DNA of 64,000 bases from Clostridiales bacterium (lineage in GTDB: Bacteria; Bacillota; Clostridia; DUOD01): NCBI GenBank assembly GCA_012838995.1, contig DUOD01000013.1, positions 28,561 to 92,560 on the forward strand, read 5' to 3'. Below, piece after piece: positions 51,052-61,139 of this stretch (the first letter of the stretch is position 1; each line of letters begins with the position of its first letter). The notes under the pieces are model-generated. The model searched no databases and was not told the origin of the DNA. It worked only from the letters and a program-made list of their open reading frames with translations. Both the position numbers and the translations under genes were made by a program.

Positions 51052-51166
51052 GTATTCAATCCCTTTGACACTAAAATAAATTTTTTTCTTTTTATATCTT
51101 TTGACTAGACAGGTATTTGTATACCCTTGTATATTTTACCCAAATTAAAGGACCAGGTCAAATAAC

Positions 51167-52387
51167 CTAGTCCTTTAATTCTCCCAATGTGAGAGTTAAC
51201 TCTATTCTCTTACCGTCCCGCCAGATAACCAGATCCACGTCGTCGTTTACCTTATAATTCTGCAGTATTTTGTTGAGCTCATCAAAGGTTTTTATTGGCT
51301 TGCCTTCCATTTCGATTATAATGTCACCCGGTATTATACCGGCCTTTGCAGCGGCACCGTCTGCCACCACCCTTCTTACCAATATCCCGGTGGGTACATT
51401 GTATTCCTTGGCAGCCTGTTCAGTTATCTCAGTGCCCCATATACCCATACCCGGCCTGCTGATGTACCCGTATTCTATTAATTGTTCAATTATCGGCTTT
51501 GCGTCGTTTATGGGTATTGCAAAGCCCAATCCTTCAACGCCTACGGCCGCTTGTTTCAAGGTATTTATCCCTATTACTTCGCCGTTTCTGTTGACCAACG
51601 CACCGCCGCTGTTACCTGGATTTATGGCTGCATCCGTTTGTATTAGGTTTAGGGTCTTGCCGTCCACTTGAAGGGTCCTGCCCACCGCGCTTATTACTCC
51701 CACCGTCACCGAACCTGCCAATTGGTGTCCAAGGGGATTACCAATGGCCACCGCCAGTTCGCCGGGCCGGATTTTATCCGAGTTGCCTAACTTAGCGGCG
51801 GTTAAACCTTCGGCATTCACCTTGATGACTGCAAGATCCGTCCTGGCATCCCGACCTATCAACTGGGCCTCAACTTGTTCGCCTCCGGGTAGCATAACCC
51901 CTATTTTGGTAGCCCCCTCTATAACGTGGTTGTTGGTCACTATATAACCATCTGAACTTATTATTATTCCCGAGCCTGTACCCTGTTCGGCTTCAACGCT
52001 GTCTTCTAAAAAATTTCTAAACATGGTGACCTTATTTGTCACACCCACCACCGCCGGACCTACCTTTTGGGCAATTTCCACTACCGGATTATCATCCTCG
52101 AATATCTCGTACATGCCCGATACACCGGTGTTTTCCTCCTCCGCTGCCTTTTCTTCGCTTTTTTTAATATCCGTTGTCTGGCCTTCATGGATACCGGAGC
52201 TTTCCTGCTGACCGTACATACCGCTGGTGAAAATGGAATGGACTAACACTGCCCCTATCAGTATGCCTACTAAAAGCAAAGCAACATATCCAATATAATT
52301 TCTTCTTTTCTTGCTTTTTTTCCTGAAATCATCGTCAAAATCAAAGGAATCATGCATATTACATTTCACCACCTTATTTTTTATCAT
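51167..52387 (-). CDS. htrA: HtrA/DegP-family serine protease with a C-terminal PDZ domain, membrane-anchored
   Basis: N-terminal transmembrane helix, a trypsin-like catalytic triad (TNNHV...D...GNSGG) and a PDZ domain. Confidence 0.85.
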   Translation of the reverse strand: MIKNKVVKCNMHDSFDFDDDFRKKSKKRRNYIGYVALLLVGILIGAVLVHSIFTSGMYGQQESSGIHEGQTTDIKKSEEKAAEEENTGVSGMYEIFEDDNPVVEIAQKVGPAVVGVTNKVTMFRNFLEDSVEAEQGTGSGIIISSDGYIVTNNHVIEGATKIGVMLPGGEQVEAQLIGRDARTDLAVIKVNAEGLTAAKLGNSDKIRPGELAVAIGNPLGHQLAGSVTVGVISAVGRTLQVDGKTLNLIQTDAAINPGNSGGALVNRNGEVIGINTLKQAAVGVEGLGFAIPINDAKPIIEQLIEYGYISRPGMGIWGTEITEQAAKEYNVPTGILVRRVVADGAAAKAGIIPGDIIIEMEGKPIKTFDELNKILQNYKVNDDVDLVIWRDGKRIELTLTLGELKD

Positions 52388-52450
52388 ATATTCCGCTAAT
52401 TGCTATTATAATCAATAATTTTTAATAAATTTTAAATAGATTGTAAACTT

Positions 52451-53872
52451 TTAAGGTTTTTCGCCATATTTTTTCAGAGTAAAGGTAAACTTTGTGCCCT
52501 TACCCGGTTGGGATTTTACCCATATCTCCTGGTTATGCTGTTTGATTATATTTTTTACTATCGATAGGCCTAAACCGGTACCTGTTTTGTCATAAGTCCT
52601 TGCTTTATCCACTTTATAAAACCTATCCCATATATATTTAATTTCTCCCTCGGGTATACCACATCCGTTGTCCTGTATGGAAATATATGCTTTGTCATCA
52701 TCACAAAGGGTTATAAAGCTTATCCTGCCACCGGCATCCACAAAACGTATGGCATTGTCCAAAAGATTATTAAGTACCTGAAGTATTTTCTCCTCATCGC
52801 CTACAACCCACAGGTTATGTTCGTCAAACCGCACATCGATGTCTATATCCTTTTCTTTTAGGATGGCTTCATGGTTAATGATAACTTTTCTTATCAATTC
52901 GTTTATATCAAAAGGAGACGGTTTTATGACCATACTGGGGTTTTCAAGTTGGGAAAGTTCTAAAAGTTCCTTTGTCATTTTACTTAGACGCTTTATTTCC
53001 TTTGACACCAACCCTAAATATTTATCAAATTCCTCCCTTGGTATGGTACCGTCTATCATACCCTCTATAAAACCGTTAATGGAAGTTAAGGGTGACTTTA
53101 ATTCATGGGACACATTCTCGACAAAGCTTTTCCTCATATTCTCCAAATTTTCCAGTTCCCTAGCCATGTAATTAAAACTTTGCGATAATTGACCAATCTC
53201 ATCATCAGAGTAAATAGACACCTTCTTATCAAACCGGCCCTTTGACATGTCCTTTGCAATTGTGCTCATTTCCTTTAACGGTTTGGATATTCTCTTGGAA
53301 GTAAAATACAGCATTAATATGGCAATGACGAGAGAAATCAATGCCGATACCCATATCATTTTATATACATTTTTTAAGGTATTGTTAACCTCATACACCG
53401 GCGAATGGAGAAATATTGCCCCGTTGATTCTTCCGTTTATGGATAAGGGTACGCCTACGGTAATCATGGGCACCGTAAAACGTTGGCTGAACCGGCCGAT
53501 TTTTGTTATTATGTCGCCTTCCATTACCTGCTTGAACTCTTTCTTGGTTAGTTTTTGGCCTTCCCAGCTACCATCCGTGCCGGAGGATGAGGCCCATATA
53601 ATACCCACCCTGTCGACAAACCATATCTTGGCGTTTAAAAACCTGTCTATTGCATCTATCTCCTGGTAAAATCTCTGCTCATCGATGGCACCAAGGGTAT
53701 ACTGCACTACCATATCGTTTATTTTCATGCCTTCGTCAATCAGCTGTTTTTGTTTTTGAGAAAAGTAATAATTATGAAGAATTTGTGACAGGGAAAAACC
53801 CAGCATTATTAAAGTAATGGCAATGATAATGAAATACGTCCGCATTAATTTGCCAAAAAGGGTCTTAAACAT
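52451..53872 (-). CDS. Two-component sensor histidine kinase (CssS-like)
   Basis: Two transmembrane helices flanking an extracytoplasmic loop, then HAMP, a HisKA H-box (SHELKSPLT) and HATPase_c (N, G1, G2 boxes). Confidence 0.85.
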   Translation of the reverse strand: MFKTLFGKLMRTYFIIIAITLIMLGFSLSQILHNYYFSQKQKQLIDEGMKINDMVVQYTLGAIDEQRFYQEIDAIDRFLNAKIWFVDRVGIIWASSSGTDGSWEGQKLTKKEFKQVMEGDIITKIGRFSQRFTVPMITVGVPLSINGRINGAIFLHSPVYEVNNTLKNVYKMIWVSALISLVIAILMLYFTSKRISKPLKEMSTIAKDMSKGRFDKKVSIYSDDEIGQLSQSFNYMARELENLENMRKSFVENVSHELKSPLTSINGFIEGMIDGTIPREEFDKYLGLVSKEIKRLSKMTKELLELSQLENPSMVIKPSPFDINELIRKVIINHEAILKEKDIDIDVRFDEHNLWVVGDEEKILQVLNNLLDNAIRFVDAGGRISFITLCDDDKAYISIQDNGCGIPEGEIKYIWDRFYKVDKARTYDKTGTGLGLSIVKNIIKQHNQEIWVKSQPGKGTKFTFTLKKYGEKP

Positions 53873-54562
53873 CTATTTCACCTCAAAACGGTACCCCACA
53901 CCCCATACTGTTTTTATCTCCCAACTATTTTCAGGATGGTTGAACTTTTCCCGCAGCCTGTTAATGTGTACATCCACCGTCCTGGAATCCCCCGTGAACT
54001 CATAACCCCAGACCTGTTCCAATAATTGGTCCCTTGTAAAAACCTTATTGGGATGGCTGGCCAAGAAAAACAAAAGCTCTATCTCTTTAGGCGGCAGGCT
54101 TATATCCTTGGAATTATATGTCACCGTGTAGGTTTCAAGGCTAATAAACAGATTTTTGTAGGCCACTTCCTTTTCCTTGTTATGCATACCCTTGCTGTAC
54201 CGGCGGAGTACCGCCTTTATCCTTGCAACCAATTCCTTTGGCTCAAAGGGTTTGACCACATAGTCATCGGCTCCCAACTCCAGCCCCAGCACCTTGTCAA
54301 TGGTCTCATCCTTTGCGGTCAGCATGATTATTGGCGTGTTGCTTATACTTCTAAGCTTTTTGCAAACTTCCCAACCGTCCATCACCGGCAGCATAATGTC
54401 CAATAAAACCAAATCCGGAGTTTTATTCTTAAACATTTCTATGCCCTCACGTCCGTCATGGGCCACTACCACATCGTACTGTTCCTTCAACAAATATAGC
54501 CGTATTACCTCTGCAATATTTTTATCATCATCAATTACCAAAATCAAAGGTTTTTTGTCCAT
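53873..54562 (-). CDS. OmpR-family response regulator (CssR-like)
   Basis: Receiver domain (DDD...D...K) and a winged-helix C-terminus. Start chosen at the ATG with an AAGGAG RBS (MDKKPLILVIDDD). Confidence 0.85.
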   Translation of the reverse strand: MDKKPLILVIDDDKNIAEVIRLYLLKEQYDVVVAHDGREGIEMFKNKTPDLVLLDIMLPVMDGWEVCKKLRSISNTPIIMLTAKDETIDKVLGLELGADDYVVKPFEPKELVARIKAVLRRYSKGMHNKEKEVAYKNLFISLETYTVTYNSKDISLPPKEIELLFFLASHPNKVFTRDQLLEQVWGYEFTGDSRTVDVHINRLREKFNHPENSWEIKTVWGVGYRFEVK

Positions 54563-54680
54563 ACATATGCTCCTTAAACCCATCTTTTTTTCATTATAAC
54601 ACTTTACTTGGCCCCGTTGGAATCAGTTTTTGCACAAAGCAAAAGAAGTTGTCCATCTTTTTTCTGACGGACAGCTTCTT

Positions 54681-55883
54681 TTACAATGTTTTTTTAAACT
54701 GTACTTCCCCATCTAAGAAGCTAAAGGCTTTTTTTAATACTATGGCCCCGGCCCCGATTGCCGGACCGACAAACCCCAAACGGCTGATGAATACTTCGGT
54801 GTTATTTGCAGCCGCCTCCAAAGCCCTTTTTCTGACGGTATCCTTAATAATATCAAGTATTAAATGACCGTAGGCGATTATATCACCCCCCAGTATAATG
54901 CTGGAGGGATTTAGTATATTTATTATGTTTGCAATGCCTATACCTATATAAACCCCCGTTTCCTCCAGTATCTCCCTGGCGGTTTCATCGCCCTTTTTAT
55001 AACGGGTTATAATTTGCTGTAGTGTGGCACCGCCGCCCAAGTTCAACCTCTTCTCATACCTTCTTACGAGGGCGGGTGTGGACACCATGGCCTCCAGGCA
55101 GCCGTAGTTGCCGCAACTGCACAACGGCCCGTCATGGGCCACCGTACTGTGACCTACCTCTCCGGCGGTACCCCGGGCACCGGTATATACTTCCCCATTG
55201 ATAAATATCCCGGAACCCACACCCGTTCTTATATTTATACAAACGAAACTTTGCCACTGCTTTGCCAGACCAACCCAATATTCGGCTATACCCGTGGCCC
55301 TGGCCTCATTCTCCAGCAATATGGGTACTTTAAAATTATCCTTTAGCCTGTGTATGATGGGAAAGTCCTTCCAGCCCAAATTGGGTGCAAAAAGCACAAT
55401 GCCCGATTTTTTATCCACCGTTCCCGGTACCCCAAGGCCAATACCTAAAACCTTGTCCATGGTTATACCGTAATGTTGGATCATATTTTCAATGAGATCT
55501 GCAACAACCTCTGCAACCTTGTTTCCGTCCCTATCATGGATTTGGGCTGAAGATACAAAAACTGCCTCGGCCGCCAGATTCAGTATCACTCCGACGGCCT
55601 CATGTTGGTCAATGTCTATGCCAATGGCATAACATGCTTCACTGTTTAATTCCAGAAGAATGGGTTTACGACCCCCCGTAGATATATCTTCCCCCTTTTC
55701 CCTTATAAGCTTCATTGACATCAACTGCTTTATAATGCCCGAGACCGCAGTCGGTGTCAACAGAGTCTGCCTGGAGATGTCTATCCTGGAAATACTGCCC
55801 TTCCTTCTTATGACATCCAGGACCAAGGCCCGGTTGTGCATTTTTACATTACTGCTGTTTTTAGCCAAAAAATTTATTGTCAT
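54681..55883 (-). CDS. ROK-family transcriptional regulator (XylR/NagC-type, N-terminal HTH)
   Basis: N-terminal wHTH followed by a ROK sugar-kinase-like domain with a zinc motif (CxCGxxGC). Confidence 0.8.
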   Translation of the reverse strand: MTINFLAKNSSNVKMHNRALVLDVIRRKGSISRIDISRQTLLTPTAVSGIIKQLMSMKLIREKGEDISTGGRKPILLELNSEACYAIGIDIDQHEAVGVILNLAAEAVFVSSAQIHDRDGNKVAEVVADLIENMIQHYGITMDKVLGIGLGVPGTVDKKSGIVLFAPNLGWKDFPIIHRLKDNFKVPILLENEARATGIAEYWVGLAKQWQSFVCINIRTGVGSGIFINGEVYTGARGTAGEVGHSTVAHDGPLCSCGNYGCLEAMVSTPALVRRYEKRLNLGGGATLQQIITRYKKGDETAREILEETGVYIGIGIANIINILNPSSIILGGDIIAYGHLILDIIKDTVRKRALEAAANNTEVFISRLGFVGPAIGAGAIVLKKAFSFLDGEVQFKKTL

Positions 55884-55909
55884 ACAAAATTTTGTAATAC
55901 TACCTCCCG

Positions 55910-57433
55910 TTAAATCATGCTTATTTCTTTGAACTTGTCCTTTAAATCGGCGTACAGACCCTTGTATATGGGATAATACTTATCGTAAACCTCAACATTT
56001 TCCGGAATTGGTCTTTGGATGGACTCCCGTTTGATAGTCGCTTCACAGGCCTGGGGAACATTGTCGTATATCCCCGCTCCCACGCCCGCCAGCAGTGCAA
56101 CACCCAGGGCCGGCCCTTCGCTGGAGTTTATGGTTACTATATCGCGGTTAAACATATCAGCCTGCATCTGTCGCCATAGCCTGCTCCTGCCCCCGCCGCC
56201 GGACGCTCTAACTTCATTTACCTCTATATCCAATTCCCTAATGATCTCAAAACAATCCCTAAGGCTGTAGGAAACCCCTTCCATAACCGACCGGATTACA
56301 TCCTGCCTGGTATGCTTGGCGGTTAAGCCGAAGAACACACCCTTGGCATGAGGATCTAAATGGGGAGTCCTCTCGCCCATTAGATAGGGCAGATATATAA
56401 GACCCTGGCTACCGGGAGGAGATTTCTCTGCCTCCTGGTCCATCAAAACATAGGGATCGATTTCTAAAAACTTACTCAAGGAAATTTCCATGTTGCCGAA
56501 ATTATCCCTAAGCCATTTTAAGGACAAGCCCGCGCCCTGGGTAACTCCCATCACATGCCAGGTACCCGGCACCGCATGGCAAAAGGTATGAACCCTTCCC
56601 TTACCGTCTATGCTTACCTTGTCGGTGTAGGCAAATACCACCCCGGATGTGCCTATGGTAGAGGATATTACTCCCGTTGTTACAATACCGTTACCCACCG
56701 CCCCGGCGGCCTGGTCGCCTGCTCCGCCGACTACAGGAGTACCCTGTTTCAGTCCGGTTAACGAAGCCGCTTTTTCCGACACCGTACCGCTTACCTCCGC
56801 TGATTCATAAACATCCGGCATCCAGTTTCGGGGTATCCCCAACTTATCCAGTACTTCGTAGCTCCAATTTCTTTCACCGATATTCAAAAACTGGGTACCG
56901 CTGGCATCGGATACTTCGGTAGCAAATTCTCCCGTCAACATAAACCGGATATAATCCTTGGGCAGCAGTACCTTGTGGATACGCTCAAAGATTTCCGGCT
57001 GATTGTTCTTTATCCACATGACCTTAGAGGCGGTAAACCCAGTGAGGGCAGGATTGGCCGTCAGCTCTATCAGTCTTTCCTTGCCGATTATTTCCGTAAT
57101 CTCATCACATTCCTTATGGGTTCTCTGATCACACCAAATTATGGCGGGCCGCAGTACCTTATATTCTTTGTCGAGCAGTACCGCACCGTGCATTTGCCCC
57201 GAAAGGCCTATGCCCTTAATATCATGGGCATTAACACCGGATTTCTTTATAACCTCCTTAATGGTATTTACCACTGCGTTCCACCAGTCTTGGGGCTGCT
57301 GTTCAGCCCAGCCTATATGGGGCTGATACATGGGATATTCCTCCACGGCACTGTGTACGGTATTTCCCCTTTCATCAAACAATACCGTCTTGGTCCCCGA
57401 GGTACCTATATCTATGCCCAGTAAATATGCCAT
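55910..57433 (-). CDS. xylB: Xylulokinase (FGGY family)
   Basis: MAYLLGIDIGTSGTKTVLFD, a GGGA C-terminal motif and the FGGY sugar-kinase fold. A GGAGG RBS lies before the internal ATG. Confidence 0.85.
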   Translation of the reverse strand: MAYLLGIDIGTSGTKTVLFDERGNTVHSAVEEYPMYQPHIGWAEQQPQDWWNAVVNTIKEVIKKSGVNAHDIKGIGLSGQMHGAVLLDKEYKVLRPAIIWCDQRTHKECDEITEIIGKERLIELTANPALTGFTASKVMWIKNNQPEIFERIHKVLLPKDYIRFMLTGEFATEVSDASGTQFLNIGERNWSYEVLDKLGIPRNWMPDVYESAEVSGTVSEKAASLTGLKQGTPVVGGAGDQAAGAVGNGIVTTGVISSTIGTSGVVFAYTDKVSIDGKGRVHTFCHAVPGTWHVMGVTQGAGLSLKWLRDNFGNMEISLSKFLEIDPYVLMDQEAEKSPPGSQGLIYLPYLMGERTPHLDPHAKGVFFGLTAKHTRQDVIRSVMEGVSYSLRDCFEIIRELDIEVNEVRASGGGGRSRLWRQMQADMFNRDIVTINSSEGPALGVALLAGVGAGIYDNVPQACEATIKRESIQRPIPENVEVYDKYYPIYKGLYADLKDKFKEISMI

Positions 57434-57471
57434 AAAACTTCCTCCTGTATAAATCCTCATTTTTTTATTGT

Positions 57472-58614
57472 CTATTTTATTTCGGGCAGCTTAGAAAAGA
57501 CAGTTTTGCCGTTGGACCTTGCCCTTATTAGCAGTGCTTCCAGTAAGCCTCGGTTTTCATCCGGTCTGTAGGTACATGCCAACACGGCGGCATGGTCCAG
57601 TTCATTTATTCTGTCGTTCATGCTTTTTATAGCTTCTATATTATTTATTACAGCCCTTTCAACCGGCATTCGTTCAGGGTTTATATCCAACCCGAAATAA
57701 CCGTCGTATCCATACATTTTGAGGATATAAAGGGCGGCTTCCGCCTGTTCCGGCATGATTACACCTACATTTTGATCCTGGTCATAATTCCCCAGAGGCT
57801 GGCTGTTCCAATGGGTATGGAATAATTTGCCGTATTCCATTATCAGGCTAAAGGCATAGGGCACATCCTCCGTTCCCATAAGTACATGTCCTATTTCGGG
57901 ATTCAAGCCCACCAAAGACTGTCCGCTGCTGAGTATCTCCCTGTTAACATCCGACTTTAGTGCCTTTTCAACTTTTTGGGCAAGTAAAATGCCTTCCCCG
58001 GTCATGCCATAATATATCCGACCTCTTGGTTCATAGGGTTTTGGCTCTATGGCCACCGGTATTCCCGGAACCTCATCCATGGCCTGGGCAATGCCATAGG
58101 CAAACCTGTCCCTGGCTGCTATAAAATCTATGCCAAAGAAGTTTTCATATCCATCGCCTCCCGGCCATATAATTGCGAAATCGGTGTCCAGCTCCTTATT
58201 CAGTTCCAGGGATATTTTTACCCTTTCTATGGCCTTTTGTCTTACCGAGTCGATGGGCGAGGATAACGAACCGAATTCCCATGTATCATCATAGAATAAA
58301 TTGGGTATTACGGTAATTACTTTAATGCCGGTGTCCTTTTCAAATTTTTGATAGAGGGGCAGGTTTTTTTCATTTATTTCGTTGGGATAATGGGCTTCTA
58401 CTCCTAAAACGCCATAATCCTTCAATGAAGCTATTATATCCAGCCTCTCTTCGATGGTAGTTGCCTTGCCCAACGGGGCATGGAACCTGCTGCTGTGGTC
58501 ACTGAAATACCAAATGCCTACCGAAAATTTTAAATCAAGATTAAAGTCCTCAAGATGCTGTATCATTTGTTGCTCGTTCCTTCTGTCGCACTGCCGTGTA
58601 GTGTTAATGTTCAT
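57472..58614 (-). CDS. Xylose isomerase-like TIM-barrel protein (class I XylA-like, divergent at some catalytic positions)
   Basis: Class I XylA-like motifs (WPGGDGYE, IEPKPYEPRG, NPEIGH, KLFHTHWNSQ, NYDQDQ). However, the FHDDD motif is replaced by AHYPNE and the HIDLN Asp by Trp. Start taken at MNINTT with an AGGGGTGA RBS. Confidence 0.55.
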   Translation of the reverse strand: MNINTTRQCDRRNEQQMIQHLEDFNLDLKFSVGIWYFSDHSSRFHAPLGKATTIEERLDIIASLKDYGVLGVEAHYPNEINEKNLPLYQKFEKDTGIKVITVIPNLFYDDTWEFGSLSSPIDSVRQKAIERVKISLELNKELDTDFAIIWPGGDGYENFFGIDFIAARDRFAYGIAQAMDEVPGIPVAIEPKPYEPRGRIYYGMTGEGILLAQKVEKALKSDVNREILSSGQSLVGLNPEIGHVLMGTEDVPYAFSLIMEYGKLFHTHWNSQPLGNYDQDQNVGVIMPEQAEAALYILKMYGYDGYFGLDINPERMPVERAVINNIEAIKSMNDRINELDHAAVLACTYRPDENRGLLEALLIRARSNGKTVFSKLPEIK

Positions 58615-58725
58615 AATATCACCCCTACTTTTTAATATTATCTTAATAAGTCTGTATATTATTTCTACATTTTTTTGGAAAACCCTGCTTATTTTATCAA
58701 AAATTTTATAAAGGTAAAATGCCAA

Positions 58726-61110
58726 TCATTTTAGCCGTACCACCGTTACGCCGTCTTCGCCCTCGCCAAACTTACCCAGCCTAAAGGAGGATACATGGGC
58801 ATGATGTTTAAGATGCTTGTGAATACCCGCTCTTAATGTACCGGTACCCTTGCCGTGGATTAGGGTAACCTCGCTCAGGCCCGCTAAAAAGGCGTCGTCT
58901 AAATATTTATCCACCGATATCAGGGCCTCCTCAAGGTTATTGCCCCTTAAGTCCAGTTCAAGGCTAACCGGTCGGGACTTTTTCGTCACACCGTTTAAGG
59001 TACTGATCAAACGCTGAGTTTGGGCCTTTTGTTCATCAATAAACTTAAGGGCCCTTTTCTTAACGTTAATTTTCATAACGCCTACCTGCACCAAGGCTTC
59101 GTCGCTGTCCCCATTAAGGTTTAAAACCGTACCCCTTTGTTTTAAATCCGTTATATAAACGGTATCCCCGGGTTTTACAGAAGAGTCGGCATCGTATAAT
59201 TCATCGCCTTCGCCATGGTCCTCCATATTATAATCGGCCGTACGGTCAATATGCCCTTTGAGCCGTTGTCTTATTCGTTCAATATTCTTGTTTCGTTGGG
59301 AGGCATCTTCAACGGTTTTTAGGCTCCTCAGTTCCTTTATTATATCCTTACTGGCAGATCGGGCCTCCTCCAGAATCCTTTGGGCCTTTATTCGTGCCTC
59401 TTTAACAATCGAACTTTTCTGCTGCTCCAGCCTGTCCTTAAGCTGTTGATATTTTTCTTTGATTTCCCGGGCCTCCTGATTAAGGCGATGGGCTTCCTCC
59501 CTCTCCAACCGTGCCGTCTGCCTGTCCTTTTCTATTTGTGCCAACAATTCCTCCAATGAACGATGTTCGGTGGTCAAAAAACTTTTGGCATGGTCTATAA
59601 TATCCTTTGAAAGGCCTAATTTCTCGGATATGGCAAAAGCGTTGCTCTTGCCCGGCAGTCCCAATAGCAGACGATAGGTGGGCCTAAGGGTGGTAATATC
59701 GAATTCCACCGATGCGTTTGCCATACCCTTCCGATTACCGGCATAGGCCTTGAGCTCACTGTAATGGGTGGTGGCCACCGTATTTACTCCTTTTTTATGG
59801 AGGAATTCAAGTAAAGCCATGGCAAGGGCAGCCCCTTCGGTGGGGTCGGTACCCGCCCCCAGTTCGTCCAGTAACACAAGATCACCCTTCTTCACCCTAT
59901 TCAATATGGATACAATATTGACCATATGGGAAGAAAAGGTGCTCAAACTTTGTTCTATGCTCTGTTCGTCGCCGATGTCCGCGTAAATATTTTTAAACAC
60001 ATTGACGGTACTCTGCCGGTCAGCGGGTATTAACAATCCCGCCTGGGCCATAACCGACAAGAGACCTATGGTTTTTAAGGTGACGGTTTTACCCCCGGTA
60101 TTGGGACCTGTAATGACTATAGTGGTAAAATCCCCTCCCAGAGTTACGTCTATGGGCACAACCTTATCCCTATCTATAAGCGGATGACGGGCGCTTTTTA
60201 GCTGCATAAAGCCTTCATCCGTCAATCGGGGTGCAAAGGCATCCATCTCCAGGGCCAATTTAGCCTTGGCAAATATTAAATCCAATCGGCCCAATATGTC
60301 CATATTTTTTAGGATTTGCTCGCTGAAGTCGGCTGTATGCTGCGTCAGTTGCGTCAGTATCCTTTCGATTTCTCTTTTTTCCTCGGCCTCCAGATGCTTG
60401 ATCCTATTATTTTGCTCCACCGCCCAAAGGGGCTCAATAAACAGGGTGGCGCCGCTGGCCGACTGGTCGTGTACCAGCCCTGGAAAGGAATTTTTGTACT
60501 CCTGTTTTACGGGCACCACATACCTGCCGTTTCTTATGGTGATAATGGACTCCTGCAAAATTTTTTGATATTTTGGAGAATGGATTATATTGTTAAGTTT
60601 ATCCCGTATTTTGCCATGGCTTTCCCGTATGTCTTTTCTTATGCTCCTAAGCCTTGAACTGGCATCATCGGACACTTCCCCTTCCTCCGTTATGCATCTT
60701 AAAATTTCCTCCTCCAGATCTGCAATAATAGCAATATCCTCCACCATCGAGGACAAGCCCCAACCATGGGAGGTTATATCCTTGTCGTCTTCAATGTACC
60801 TTTTTATATGCCTTCCCGATCTTAGAACACGGCCCACCTCCAATAATTCGGGAGGCGACAGCACAGAACCGATATTTGCTTTTTTGACTGCTGTGCTGAT
60901 ATCCGTCAGACGTCCGAAGGGCGGTTGTCCTTTCTTAACTAAATACTCCACCCCTTCACAGGTTTTCATAAGCTCGGCTTTTATTTCGTCTATATCCGTT
61001 GAAGGCAAAAGCCTAAGGGCATGGTCCTCCCCCAGTGTCGATACGGTATGTTCCTTAAGCATGCTTAGTATTTTATCAAATTCCAGGATGCGTAAAACCC
61101 GTCGGTCCAT
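58726..61110 (-). CDS. mutS2: Endonuclease MutS2 (MutS domain plus C-terminal Smr)
   Basis: MutS ATPase Walker A (GPNTGGKT) and a C-terminal Smr domain (LDLRG...), at 794 aa. Confidence 0.9.
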   Translation of the reverse strand: MDRRVLRILEFDKILSMLKEHTVSTLGEDHALRLLPSTDIDEIKAELMKTCEGVEYLVKKGQPPFGRLTDISTAVKKANIGSVLSPPELLEVGRVLRSGRHIKRYIEDDKDITSHGWGLSSMVEDIAIIADLEEEILRCITEEGEVSDDASSRLRSIRKDIRESHGKIRDKLNNIIHSPKYQKILQESIITIRNGRYVVPVKQEYKNSFPGLVHDQSASGATLFIEPLWAVEQNNRIKHLEAEEKREIERILTQLTQHTADFSEQILKNMDILGRLDLIFAKAKLALEMDAFAPRLTDEGFMQLKSARHPLIDRDKVVPIDVTLGGDFTTIVITGPNTGGKTVTLKTIGLLSVMAQAGLLIPADRQSTVNVFKNIYADIGDEQSIEQSLSTFSSHMVNIVSILNRVKKGDLVLLDELGAGTDPTEGAALAMALLEFLHKKGVNTVATTHYSELKAYAGNRKGMANASVEFDITTLRPTYRLLLGLPGKSNAFAISEKLGLSKDIIDHAKSFLTTEHRSLEELLAQIEKDRQTARLEREEAHRLNQEAREIKEKYQQLKDRLEQQKSSIVKEARIKAQRILEEARSASKDIIKELRSLKTVEDASQRNKNIERIRQRLKGHIDRTADYNMEDHGEGDELYDADSSVKPGDTVYITDLKQRGTVLNLNGDSDEALVQVGVMKINVKKRALKFIDEQKAQTQRLISTLNGVTKKSRPVSLELDLRGNNLEEALISVDKYLDDAFLAGLSEVTLIHGKGTGTLRAGIHKHLKHHAHVSSFRLGKFGEGEDGVTVVRLK

Positions 61111-61139
61111 AATTTTCGTTTTTCTCCCCTTTAAATTCT

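Noticed and set aside
57472-58725. 37-aa N-terminal extension of the xylose-isomerase-like ORF (MAFYLYKIFDKISRVF...)
   Set aside because: There is no RBS, whereas an AGGGGTGA lies 6 nt before the internal ATG (MNINTT). The start was moved to 58614.
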